NCBI GenBank assembly: GCA_963702425.1
Contig: CAVPCQ010000021.1
Coordinates: 1 to 64,000 of the forward strand
Length of the DNA stretch: 64,000 nucleotides
Reading direction: 5' to 3'
DNA from: an uncultured Acidobacteriota bacterium
GTDB lineage: Bacteria > Acidobacteriota > Polarisedimenticolia > J045
Shown: in pieces, positions 20,501 through 29,195 of the stretch
How the letters are laid out: each line of letters starts with the position of its first letter
Position numbering within the stretch: position 1 is the first letter of the stretch
The notes under the pieces: generated by a model
Seen by the model: only the letters and a program-made list of their open reading frames with translations
Databases searched by the model: none
What the model was told of the DNA's origin: nothing
Position numbers and translations under genes: made by a program

Positions 20501-21690
20501 CAGGGGTCCTTCAGGCCAGCGTACAGCGCGTCGAGCCGCGCGCGCGTCGCCGGGGTCATCGGCACCGCCTCGCGCCCGATCGAGCGGCAGATCTCGACCA
20601 CCGCCAGCGCGCGCGGCCGCGCATTCTCGAGGGCCTCGGCCCGCGTGAGCGCGCGATCGTACAGCCGCGCGGCGTCGGCCGGATCCCCGGCCACCCAGTA
20701 GCCGGCCGCGAGGTCCGCGTCGATCGCCGGCTGCTCGATGTTCATCGCCACTTCGGCGGCCTTTTCCCCCTCCGCCAGCAGCTTCCCGGCCCGCGCCGGA
20801 TCCCCGGCCCGTGCCCAGCCGCGCGCGATCTCCGCGAGCAGCGGCCCCTTGACCGGCAGCGCTTGGGCGGACTGCGCCCCGGCGAGCCGCTCCGCCGATT
20901 CCAGGACCGGGCGCGCGTCGATTGGCCGGCCGATCGCAGCGTATTCCTTGGCGACAGCGAGCAGCGCCTCCATCCGGCGCCAGCCCGGGATCGCGGCAGC
21001 GGCGGCCTGGGCCGCACGGAGCGCCTTCAGTCGCTGTTCGGCGCTCAGCTTGGGTGCCTGCGCGACGTCCACGTATCCGCGCGCGCGCCACCACGCGATG
21101 TCTTCATCCTTCTCGGGTGCGAGGGCGTCGAGCCGGGCCATCGCCCCGTCGAAGTCGCCGGCGCTGGCGAGCGCCGACGCCGCGATGGAAACCGGCCGGC
21201 CGAGATACTGGCGGTCGGTCGGCGCGAGCAACGCGCTCATCCTGTCCGCGGCCGCCAGGTCGCCGAGCACCGCGTACCCCGCGCCGATGTGCGATGCGAT
21301 CCGCGGGTTCTGCCATCCGGTCACCGTCTGGCGGTACGCTTCGGCCTTGGCGAGCACGACCCGGGCTTCGTCTACCCGCCCGGCGCGCGCCAGCAGGATC
21401 GCCGTCTCGGCGTACACGACGCCGCGGCGCCAGCCATCGACCAGGTCGGCGCGCTTCAGCGCCTCGTCGGGCGAGACGTAGTAGCCGTACTCGAGGACGA
21501 CCGCCTCCTGCGCGGCGGACTTATCCTTCGGGTCGATGTCGAGGCGCGACGCGAACCGGAACGCGCAGTCGAATCCGGCGGCTGCCGCTGGATTCGGCGC
21601 CGCGTTAGGAGTCGGGCTCCCGGCACGCCCCGGCGCGAATAGCGAGAGCGCGAGGAGGAAACTCCCCGCGCGGATCGAGAACGTCCTCAT
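20497..21690 (-). CDS. Secreted all-alpha (TPR-like) hypothetical protein
   Basis: Signal peptide, repeated amphipathic helices; stop overlaps the receptor start (GTGA). Confidence 0.7.
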   Translation of the reverse strand: MRTFSIRAGSFLLALSLFAPGRAGSPTPNAAPNPAAAAGFDCAFRFASRLDIDPKDKSAAQEAVVLEYGYYVSPDEALKRADLVDGWRRGVVYAETAILLARAGRVDEARVVLAKAEAYRQTVTGWQNPRIASHIGAGYAVLGDLAAADRMSALLAPTDRQYLGRPVSIAASALASAGDFDGAMARLDALAPEKDEDIAWWRARGYVDVAQAPKLSAEQRLKALRAAQAAAAAIPGWRRMEALLAVAKEYAAIGRPIDARPVLESAERLAGAQSAQALPVKGPLLAEIARGWARAGDPARAGKLLAEGEKAAEVAMNIEQPAIDADLAAGYWVAGDPADAARLYDRALTRAEALENARPRALAVVEICRSIGREAVPMTPATRARLDALYAGLKDPW

Positions 21691-21726
21691 GAGATCGAAA
21701 ACCCTCCGCTGGGATGTTCGACGAAC

Positions 21727-21766
21727 GAGAAAGGCGGGCCGCCGGGGGCAGATCCCGGCGGCCCGC
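21727..21766 (-). terminator. Intrinsic terminator-like hairpin after the large repeat protein
   Basis: 13-bp stem gcgggccgccggg / cccggcggcccgc followed on the minus strand by CTTTCTC. Confidence 0.65.
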
Positions 21767-21778
21767 TGGATCGATCGA

Positions 21779-24700
21779 TCAGGGACAGCTCGTGCCCGTG
21801 CGCTCCACGCCCGCCGAGGAGAAGCCGAGCGTTCCCACGCCGCACGCGTTCCGCGCGCGGACGAGATAGAAGAACGCCGCCCCGGGTGCCGGAGCCTGTG
21901 TGGTGAGGACGAACGTCGTGCCCGCTTCGTTCTTGGCCAGGCACGTCCCGCTGTTGAAGGCCGTCGCGCCGCCGGCGCGCAGCAGATCGTAGCCGCTGAT
22001 CGTCTCGCCGGTGAGCGGGGCCCAGGCGGCAAGTGTCCGGCTGGGGAAGAACAGGCCGTTCACCTCCTGCGGCGTGACGTTCGGATCGTTGATCGGGTCG
22101 CAGGTCGGGAAATAGCCGAGACGCGACAGCGAGGACCAGCCCGTCGCCCAGTTCGTGCCGGGCGAGAAGGCGCCCTGGTAGGTGGCCGCCGAGAAGAACG
22201 CGCCTCCGACCGAGGAGTCGCGCGAGCTGGTGGCGATCGCGCTGCCGCCCTTGGGCCGCGGGTCGATCTTGATCACCGGATCCGGCTTGTCCGTCGCCGC
22301 CGTACCGCGAGTCAGAAGGTTGATCGGCACCGGGCTGGCGCAGGCCAGGTACTGGTTCTGGAGCGCGGAGGTGGTGAAGACGCCCGGGTCGTAGTAGGCC
22401 TTGGCCGCGTCGCAGCCGTAGGTCGCGCCCTGGTCCGCCGTCCCGTTCGGGATCGTGCTGCCGTTCCCGAAGCACCAGAAGGTGTTGTTCTTCAGCTCCA
22501 GCTGGAAGTCCGACGTCGGATCGAAGTAGTAGGTGCCCCAGCCCGCCCCGATCGGCGCCGGCGCGGCGGAGTTGTACGCCGTGCTGGCCCGCTGGCCGCT
22601 GGTGTTGTTGCCCGTCGGCGTGCCGGACGGCAGCGTGCCGCCCTCGATGCACATCGTCGCGCCGCCGAAGTCACCGAAGAAGCTGTTGTAGTAGCGGCCG
22701 CCGCCGTTGTCCCGCCAGTGCAGCGCCGTGTTCGTCAGCTTCGCCGTGTAGCTCGCCTTCGAGCCGAGACCGATGTAGGTCATGTTGTAGAGCGTCGGGA
22801 TCGAGAAGGGCTGCGAGCTGTCCCCGGTGTTGCCCCCGTCCTGCTCCGCACCCTTGTCCGACTTGTACGCGTTGTCGTCCTTCGCCAGGCCCTGCAGGAC
22901 CAGCCCGAACTGGAACTTCCCGCGCCAGCCCTCGTCGAAGTCCACCCCGTCGTCGCCGCCGTTGGTGCCGACGAAGTACTTGACCTCGGGAGCGCCGCCG
23001 AAGATCTCGACCAGGTCGTCGTTGGTCTGGTAGACCTCGAGGTGGTCGAGGTCGGTCGAGCGCCCGACGGCACCCAGCGTGATCCCGTTGATCTCGTTGT
23101 TGGCCGACAGGTTGAAGCCGCCGTAGCGGACCGAGACGTAGGACATCGAGCCGCTGTCGTCGTCGTCGCAGACCTTGCCGTACGGGGTCGGGTAGGCGGC
23201 GGCGCAGTTGCCGTAGAGCCCGAGGCCGCCGGCCGCGGTCAGCCCCTCGATCTGGATCTCCTTCGTCGGGTCCGGCCCGGCCGTCGTGTTGTTCGCCACG
23301 TAGCCCCGCCCGAGCAGGATCACCCCGCCCCAGTTGCCGGACAGGAACGCGGCGTTGGCGAGGTTGTCGTAGGGGTCGGTCCCCGGCTGCAGGCCGACGT
23401 TGTCGTCGTCGAGGTCGGTGAAGACGATCGGCTTGGCCGGCGTACCCAGTGCACGGATCTTGGACCCGCGGGAGATGACGAGCGTTCCCGGATCGACCGC
23501 GCCGGGCGTCGATTCCGGCTCACCGCGGATCACCGTCCCCGGCTCGATCGTCAGCGTCGCGCCACTCGTGACGTAGACCACCTGCTTGAGGATGTACTCG
23601 TTCTCCTGGGTCCACGTCGTGCTGGTCGAGATGTCGGCCGCCACGTCAACCAGCTGCTTGGCGGGGAAGTAGCCGAGGCGTGAGAGCGTGGTCCAGCCCG
23701 TCGCCCAGTTGTCGTTGGGGCCGAACGCGCCGCGATAGGAGACCTGCTCAAAGAAGCCGTCGTTCGGCGGGAGGCGGTCGGTCGTGAGCAGCGGGCTCCC
23801 CGCGGCCGGCCGCGGGTCGATCTTGATCACCGGGTCCGGCTTGTCGGAGGCCGCGACGCCGCGGGTCAGCTGGCGGATGGGCAGTGTCGCGTTGCAGTCC
23901 AGGTACTGGTTCTGCAGCGCCGCGTTCGTGAAGACGCCCGGGTCGTAGTAGGCCTTGGCCGCGTCGCAGCCGTAGGTCGCGCCCTGGTCCGCCGTCCCGT
24001 TCGGGATCGTGCTGCCGTTCCCGAAGCACCAGAAGGTGTTGTTCTTCAGCTCCAGCTGGAAGTCCGACGTCGGATCGAAGTAGTAGGTGCCCCAGCCCGC
24101 CCCGATCGGCGCCGGCGCGGCGGAGTTGTACGCCGTGCTGGCCCGCTGGCCGCTGGTGTTGTTGCCCGTCGGCGTGCCGGACGGCAGCGTGCCGCCCTCG
24201 ATGCACATCGTCGCGCCGCCGAAGTCACCGAAGAAGCTGTTGTAGTAGCGGCCACCGCCGTTGTCCCGCCAGTGCAGCGCCGTGTTCGTCAGCTTCGCCG
24301 TGTAGCTCGCCTTCGAGCCGAGACCGATGTAGGTCATGTTGTAGAGCGTCGGGATCGAGAAGGGCTGCGAGCTGTCCCCGGTGTTGCCCCCGTCCTGCTC
24401 CGCACCCTTGTCCGACTTGTACGCGTTGTCGTCCTTCGCCAGGCCCTGCAGGACCAGCCCGAACTGGAACTTCCCGCGCCAGCCCTCGTCGAAGTCCACC
24501 CCGTCGTCGCCGCCGTTGGTGCCGACGAAGTACTTGACGTTCGCCGCGCCGCCGAAGATCTCGACCAGGTCGTCATTGGTCTGGTAGACCTCGAGGTGGT
24601 CGAGGTCGGTCGAGCGCCCGACGGCGCCCAGCGTGATCCCGTTGATCTCGTTGTTGGCCGACAGGTTGAAGCCGCCGTAGCGGACCGAGACGTAGGACAT

Positions 24701-25291
24701 CGAGCCGCTGTCGTCGTCGTCGCAGACCTTGCCGTACGGGGACGGGTAGGCGGCGGCGCAGTTGCCGTAGAGCCCGAGGCCGCCGGCCGCGGTCAGCCCC
24801 TCGATCTGGATCTCCTTCGTCGGGTCCGGGCCGGCCGTCGTGTTGTTCGCCACGTAGCCCCGCCCGAGCAGGATCACCCCGCCCCAGTTGCCGGACAGGA
24901 ACGCAGCGTTGGCGAGGTTGTTGTAGGGGTTGGTCCCCGGATTGGCGCCGATGTTGTCGTCGTCGAGGTCGGTGAAGACGATCGGCTTGCCCGGCGTACC
25001 GAGCGCACGGATCTTGGAGCCGCGGGAGATGACGAGCGTCCCCGGATCGACCGCGCCGGGCGTTGATTCCGGCTCGCCGCGGATCACCGTCCCCGGCTCG
25101 ATCGTCAGCGTCGCGCCGTTCGTGACGTAGATGACCTTGGTCAGGATGTAGGTGTTGTTGGCCGTCCATGTCGTGCTGACCGAGATGTCGGCGGTCACGT
25201 TGACGTCGACCGCCAGGACCGGGGCGATCGTCGCGGCGAACAGTCCGGCCACCAAGGCCGCGCTCGCCAGGATCCTCTCTGTCTTCCTCAT
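21779..25291 (-). CDS. 1170-aa secreted protein: two near-identical ~518-aa predicted beta-helix-like domains plus the shared C-terminal domain
   Basis: GGAGAG RBS, ATG at 25291, signal peptide (VLA). Each unit has GATLTIEPGT, GTPxKPIVFT, WGGVILLG, DDSGSMSYV, NEINGITLGAVG, DDGVDFDEG. Confidence 0.85.
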   Translation of the reverse strand: MRKTERILASAALVAGLFAATIAPVLAVDVNVTADISVSTTWTANNTYILTKVIYVTNGATLTIEPGTVIRGEPESTPGAVDPGTLVISRGSKIRALGTPGKPIVFTDLDDDNIGANPGTNPYNNLANAAFLSGNWGGVILLGRGYVANNTTAGPDPTKEIQIEGLTAAGGLGLYGNCAAAYPSPYGKVCDDDDSGSMSYVSVRYGGFNLSANNEINGITLGAVGRSTDLDHLEVYQTNDDLVEIFGGAANVKYFVGTNGGDDGVDFDEGWRGKFQFGLVLQGLAKDDNAYKSDKGAEQDGGNTGDSSQPFSIPTLYNMTYIGLGSKASYTAKLTNTALHWRDNGGGRYYNSFFGDFGGATMCIEGGTLPSGTPTGNNTSGQRASTAYNSAAPAPIGAGWGTYYFDPTSDFQLELKNNTFWCFGNGSTIPNGTADQGATYGCDAAKAYYDPGVFTNAALQNQYLDCNATLPIRQLTRGVAASDKPDPVIKIDPRPAAGSPLLTTDRLPPNDGFFEQVSYRGAFGPNDNWATGWTTLSRLGYFPAKQLVDVAADISTSTTWTQENEYILKQVVYVTSGATLTIEPGTVIRGEPESTPGAVDPGTLVISRGSKIRALGTPAKPIVFTDLDDDNVGLQPGTDPYDNLANAAFLSGNWGGVILLGRGYVANNTTAGPDPTKEIQIEGLTAAGGLGLYGNCAAAYPTPYGKVCDDDDSGSMSYVSVRYGGFNLSANNEINGITLGAVGRSTDLDHLEVYQTNDDLVEIFGGAPEVKYFVGTNGGDDGVDFDEGWRGKFQFGLVLQGLAKDDNAYKSDKGAEQDGGNTGDSSQPFSIPTLYNMTYIGLGSKASYTAKLTNTALHWRDNGGGRYYNSFFGDFGGATMCIEGGTLPSGTPTGNNTSGQRASTAYNSAAPAPIGAGWGTYYFDPTSDFQLELKNNTFWCFGNGSTIPNGTADQGATYGCDAAKAYYDPGVFTTSALQNQYLACASPVPINLLTRGTAATDKPDPVIKIDPRPKGGSAIATSSRDSSVGGAFFSAATYQGAFSPGTNWATGWSSLSRLGYFPTCDPINDPNVTPQEVNGLFFPSRTLAAWAPLTGETISGYDLLRAGGATAFNSGTCLAKNEAGTTFVLTTQAPAPGAAFFYLVRARNACGVGTLGFSSAGVERTGTSCP
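22106..25200 (-). repeat. Intragenic tandem duplication, period 1554 bp
   Basis: gagatgtcgg at 23628 and 25182; ggtcgtagta at 22387 and 23941; the core is nearly identical in DNA. Confidence 0.95.
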
Positions 25292-25341
25292 GGCGTCTCT
25301 CCGGGTGGGCACACACTTGCTGGGCATTGCGACCGGATGGG

Positions 25342-25450
25342 ATGCTACGGGGGTCCTGTGACGGGCCTGTGACGAGCGCGGATCGGCGCTGCAAAATCCG
25401 CGGTCGAATCGCGTGACGAAGGAGTGACGGTCCTGTGACCGCGACGTGAC
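25342..25450 (-). promoter_or_regulatory. Pho-box-like (OmpR/PhoB family) array of six GTCAC half-sites in 11-bp phase, with a -10 element
   Basis: gtgac on + at 25358, 25369, 25413, 25424, 25435 and 25446; TAGCAT on - exactly 10 bp after the last half-site. Confidence 0.75.
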
Positions 25451-25458
25451 GCGGACAC

Positions 25459-26499
25459 TCAGCCGCGTCGCGAGAGAACCTGGAGCGCGGTTGCTCGCAC
25501 CGCGTCGTCTTCGTCCGCGTCCTCGGCGAGTTCCGCCGCGACGGAGAGAACCTCCCGGTCCCCCGCGTTCGCCCCCGCGATCAGCGCGTTGCGGACCAGC
25601 CCCGCGCGCTTCGGCCGGGCCAGTGGCGTCCCGCGGAACGCCGCGCGGAACGCCGCGACATCCATCCGCGCGACCCCTTCCAGCGTCAGCTTCGCGTACC
25701 GCGGGTCGGCCTGGAACTCCGGCGCGGCGTCGGGCAGGACGCGCCGGTTCCAGGGACAGACCTCCTGGCAGACGTCGCAGCCGAACAGCCAGTCCCCCAT
25801 CGCCACCGCCAGCCCGCCCTCGATCGGCCCGCGGTGCTCGATCGTCAGGTACGAGGTGCAGCGGTTGGAGTCGACGACGTAGGGCTCGGGGATCGCGCCG
25901 GTGGGGCAGGCGTCGAGACACGCCGTGCAGCTGCCACAGCGGTCGAGCGCGGCCGGCGTCGAGAGCGGCAGGTCGAGCGCCGTGAGCACGACGCCGATCA
26001 CGGTCCACGAGTTCCCCTCGGGACCGATCAGGCACGTGTTGCGCCCGATCCAGCCGAGTCCGGCGCGCACCGCCAGCTCGCGCTCGAGCAGCGCGCTGGT
26101 GTCGACCAGCACCGCGCGCCGGAACGGCGCGCCGTGGAGCGCCTCGACCCGCGCCGCCCAATCCACGAGCCACGCGGTCAGCGTGTCGTGGTAGTCGCGC
26201 CCCCGCGCGTAGCGCGCCACGTGCCGCGCGATCCCGCCGAGCGTCTGCCGGTCGCGCGGCGGGGCGAGGTAGCTCGCCACCCCGACCAGCGCGCTCTTCG
26301 CCCACGGCCAGCGGCGGTGCAGGTCCTTGCGCGTCTCGGCCGTCGTCTCGAGCCAGCGCATCCCGGCGTGGGCCCCGCGCGCCAGCCAGGCGTCGAGCGC
26401 CGCGGCCTGCGCGCTGGGAACGCACGGCGCGACCCCGCAGGCGCTGAAGCCGACGGCTTTCCCGGCAGCGGTGAGGTCGGCGAGGTCGAAAGTCGGCAC
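25459..26499 (-). CDS. queG: tRNA epoxyqueuosine(34) reductase
   Basis: ARYARGRDYH, VDTSALLERELA..AGLGWIGRN, CGSCTACLDACPTGA, CTSYLTIE, FGCDVCQEVCPWN. Confidence 0.95.
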   Translation of the reverse strand: MPTFDLADLTAAGKAVGFSACGVAPCVPSAQAAALDAWLARGAHAGMRWLETTAETRKDLHRRWPWAKSALVGVASYLAPPRDRQTLGGIARHVARYARGRDYHDTLTAWLVDWAARVEALHGAPFRRAVLVDTSALLERELAVRAGLGWIGRNTCLIGPEGNSWTVIGVVLTALDLPLSTPAALDRCGSCTACLDACPTGAIPEPYVVDSNRCTSYLTIEHRGPIEGGLAVAMGDWLFGCDVCQEVCPWNRRVLPDAAPEFQADPRYAKLTLEGVARMDVAAFRAAFRGTPLARPKRAGLVRNALIAGANAGDREVLSVAAELAEDADEDDAVRATALQVLSRRG

Positions 26500-26528
26500 G
26501 GGCGCTCGAAAGCGGGGATAATCGTTCC

Positions 26529-28004
26529 ATGCACATCGTACACGTCTCCCCCGAGATGGCCCCGTTCGCGAAGGTCGGCGGCCTCGGCGACGTCGTCGGC
26601 TCGCTCCCGCCGGCGCAGGCCCGCGACGGCCACCAGGTCACGGTCGCGCTGCCGGCCTACCAGAAGGTCCTCTCGCAGCTTGGCCTCGACCCGAAGGCCG
26701 GCCGGCCGGTCGGCTACCGGATCGACGGGCGAGAGGTCCTGGGGACGGTGCAGGAGACCTGGCACCAGGGGGTCCGCCTGCTGCTGGTCGGCCGCCCCGA
26801 GTACTTCGACCGCCCCGGGATCTACGGCGACGCGGCGGGCTCGTACTGGGACAACGGCGAGCGTTTCGGCTGGTTCTGCGGCGCGACGCTGTCGGCGCTG
26901 CGCGACATTCCCCCGGCCGCCGACGTGATCCTGGCGCACGACTGGCCGGCCGCGCTGGTCCCGCTCTTCCTGCGCGCGCACGGCTATCCCGACGATCCGC
27001 TCGAGCAGACCGCCTCCGCGATGGTGCTGCACAACGTCGCCCACCAGGGGATCTTCCCCGGCGACCTCGCGGCGCGGTTCGCGATCCCGCCGCTCTACGG
27101 CGGCGAGGACGGGATCGAGGCGCTCGGCGCGCTGAGCTTCCTCAAGACCGGTGTCTCGCTGGCGACGGTGGTGATCACCGTCTCGCCGACCTACGCAAAG
27201 GAGATCCTCTGGCCCGGCTACGGCGAGGGGCTCGAGGAGCTGCTGCTGTCGCGCGGCGACGATCTCCACGGGATCCTCAACGGGCTCGACGTCGAGGCCT
27301 GGAACCCGGCCACCGACACCGCGCTGCCGCGCCCGTTCAGCGCGGCCGACCTGTCCGGCAAGGCCGACTCGAAGCGCGCGCTGCAGCAGGAGCTCGGCCT
27401 GCGCGTCGACGCGGCCCTGCCGGTCTTCGGGATGGTCAGCCGGATCGATCCCCAGAAGGGGGTCGATCTCGTCGAGCAGGTCGCGCCGTTCCTGGTCGAG
27501 CGGCAGGCCCAGGTCGTCGTGCTCGGCACCGGCCAGCGGCGGCTGATCGAGCCGTTGCTCGGCCTGGCGTCGCTGTGGCGCCAGTCGGTGGCGATCGTCG
27601 AGCGCTTCGACGAGGCGCTCGCCCACCGGATCTACGGCGGCTCCGACTACTTCCTGATGCCCTCGCGCTTCGAGCCCTGCGGCCTGGGGCAGATGGTCGC
27701 GCTGCGCTACGGGGCGCTGCCGATCGTGCGCCGTACGGGGGGCCTGGCCGACACCGTCTCCGACCTCGACGAGCACCCCGCGTCGGGCACCGGTTTCGTC
27801 TTCGAGCACGCCGACGTCTCCGGCCTGTCGTGGGCCTGCGAGCGCGCGCTGCGGCTGTTCGCGGAGGGGCCGCGCGCGATCGACCGGGTGCGCCGCCGCG
27901 GGATGGAGCAGGACTTTTCCTGGGACCACTCCGCACGGATCTACGACCACGTGCTGGAGCGCGCGGCGCTGCGCGAGAAGCGGCGCGTGCTGCTCGAGTA
28001 CTGA
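26529..28004 (+). CDS. glgA: Glycogen synthase
   Basis: EMAPFAKVGGLGDV, AHDW, TVSPTYAKEI, GILNGLD, MPSRFEPCGLGQM. Confidence 0.95.
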   Translation: MHIVHVSPEMAPFAKVGGLGDVVGSLPPAQARDGHQVTVALPAYQKVLSQLGLDPKAGRPVGYRIDGREVLGTVQETWHQGVRLLLVGRPEYFDRPGIYGDAAGSYWDNGERFGWFCGATLSALRDIPPAADVILAHDWPAALVPLFLRAHGYPDDPLEQTASAMVLHNVAHQGIFPGDLAARFAIPPLYGGEDGIEALGALSFLKTGVSLATVVITVSPTYAKEILWPGYGEGLEELLLSRGDDLHGILNGLDVEAWNPATDTALPRPFSAADLSGKADSKRALQQELGLRVDAALPVFGMVSRIDPQKGVDLVEQVAPFLVERQAQVVVLGTGQRRLIEPLLGLASLWRQSVAIVERFDEALAHRIYGGSDYFLMPSRFEPCGLGQMVALRYGALPIVRRTGGLADTVSDLDEHPASGTGFVFEHADVSGLSWACERALRLFAEGPRAIDRVRRRGMEQDFSWDHSARIYDHVLERAALREKRRVLLEY

Positions 28005-28011
28005 GGGGCGG

Positions 28012-28908
28012 TTGACGCACCGCTTCCGCGGCGAGGGGGCGCTTCCGCGGCTCTTTGTCCTGGGCGCGGCGCTGTTGTTCTCGACCGGCGGCGCGGTGAT
28101 CAAGGCCACGACGCTGACGCCGTGGCAGGTCGCGGGCGGGCGCTCCGGCGTCGCCACGCTGGCCCTCGCGCTGATGCTGCCGGCGGCCCGGCGCAGCCTC
28201 TCCTGGCGGACAATCCCGGTCGCGCTGGCCTACGCCGCGACGCTGCTCTCCTTCGCGATCGCCAACAAGCTGACGACCTCCGCGGCGACGATCTACCTGC
28301 AGTCGACCGGGCCGTTCTACCTGCTGCTGCTCTCGCCGCTGCTGCTCGGCGAGCGGATCCGGCGCCACGACCTGTGGTTCCTGGCGGCGCTCGCGGGCGG
28401 CATGGCGCTGCTCTTCGCCGGCAACCCGCCGGCACAGGCGACGGCACCGAACCCGGCGCTGGGCAACCTGCTGGCCGCGGCCTCCGGCCTGTTCTTCGCG
28501 CTGACGATCGCCGGGCTGCGCTGGCTCGCGCGCGACGAACGGCCGGGGGAGGCGCGCGGCGCCGGCGCGGCGCTCTGCGGCAACGCGCTCGCGTTCCTCG
28601 TCACGCTGCCGATGGCGCTCCCGGTGGCACACGTCACGGCCGGGGACGCCGTCGCCGTCGTCTACCTGGGGACCTTCCAGATCGCCCTCGCCTACGTCCT
28701 GCTCACCCAGGCCCTGCGCCGCGTGCCGGCCTTCGAAGCCTCGCTGCTGCTGCTGCTCGAGCCGACGCTCAACCCGCTGTGGTCGTGGCTGATGCACGGC
28801 GAGGACCCCGGCCGCTGGGCCCTCGCGGGGGGCGCGGTGATCATCGGCGCGACGCTCGCGCACTCCTGGTGGGCGAGCTACTTGCGACCGGTTTGCACAA
28901 AGGACTAA
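28012..28908 (+). CDS. DMT/EamA family transporter
   Basis: About 10 TM helices; LLGERI, YLGTFQIALAY, EASLLLLLEP. Confidence 0.88.
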   Translation: MTHRFRGEGALPRLFVLGAALLFSTGGAVIKATTLTPWQVAGGRSGVATLALALMLPAARRSLSWRTIPVALAYAATLLSFAIANKLTTSAATIYLQSTGPFYLLLLSPLLLGERIRRHDLWFLAALAGGMALLFAGNPPAQATAPNPALGNLLAAASGLFFALTIAGLRWLARDERPGEARGAGAALCGNALAFLVTLPMALPVAHVTAGDAVAVVYLGTFQIALAYVLLTQALRRVPAFEASLLLLLEPTLNPLWSWLMHGEDPGRWALAGGAVIIGATLAHSWWASYLRPVCTKD

Positions 28909-28921
28909 TTCTCAGTATGAT
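28893..28921 (+). promoter_or_regulatory. Sigma70-type promoter of feoAB with a possible overlapping Fur-like site
   Basis: TTGCAC-N17-TATGAT; the AT-rich spacer reads TGAGAATTAGT on the minus strand. Confidence 0.6.
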
Positions 28922-28967
28922 TCCCCCTGCTGGCGACCCCTCCCTGCCGGCTCCAGGACCTCCCCCG

Positions 28968-29195
28968 ATGCTGTCCAACCTCGAGCAGGCCGAACTCCGC
29001 CTCCCGGTGCGTGTTTCCGGCATCGACGGGGGTCACGAGGTGCGCGCGCGCCTGGCGACGATGGGGCTGCTCCCGGGGGTCATCCTCTCCGTGCTGAACC
29101 GCGGCCCGCTCGGCGGCCCCCTGCTGGTGGAGATCGCCGGCTCGCGGATCGCGCTCGGGCGCGGCGTGGCGAGGAAGGTCCTCGTCGAGCCGTGA
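28968..29195 (+). CDS. feoA: Ferrous iron transport protein A
   Basis: RLATMGLLPG..GPLLVEIAGSRIALGRGVARKVLV; overlaps the feoB start. Confidence 0.9.
   Translation: MLSNLEQAELRLPVRVSGIDGGHEVRARLATMGLLPGVILSVLNRGPLGGPLLVEIAGSRIALGRGVARKVLVEP

Noticed and set aside
25358-25450. Periodic repeat as a CRISPR or iteron array
   Set aside because: Units are 5-bp cores at 11-bp spacing with no spacers, cas or rep gene; this fits a response-regulator binding array.
25292-26641. 1620-aa ORF extension overlapping queG
   Set aside because: The upstream part is an off-frame read of queG and the promoter; RBS and signal peptide place the start at 25291.
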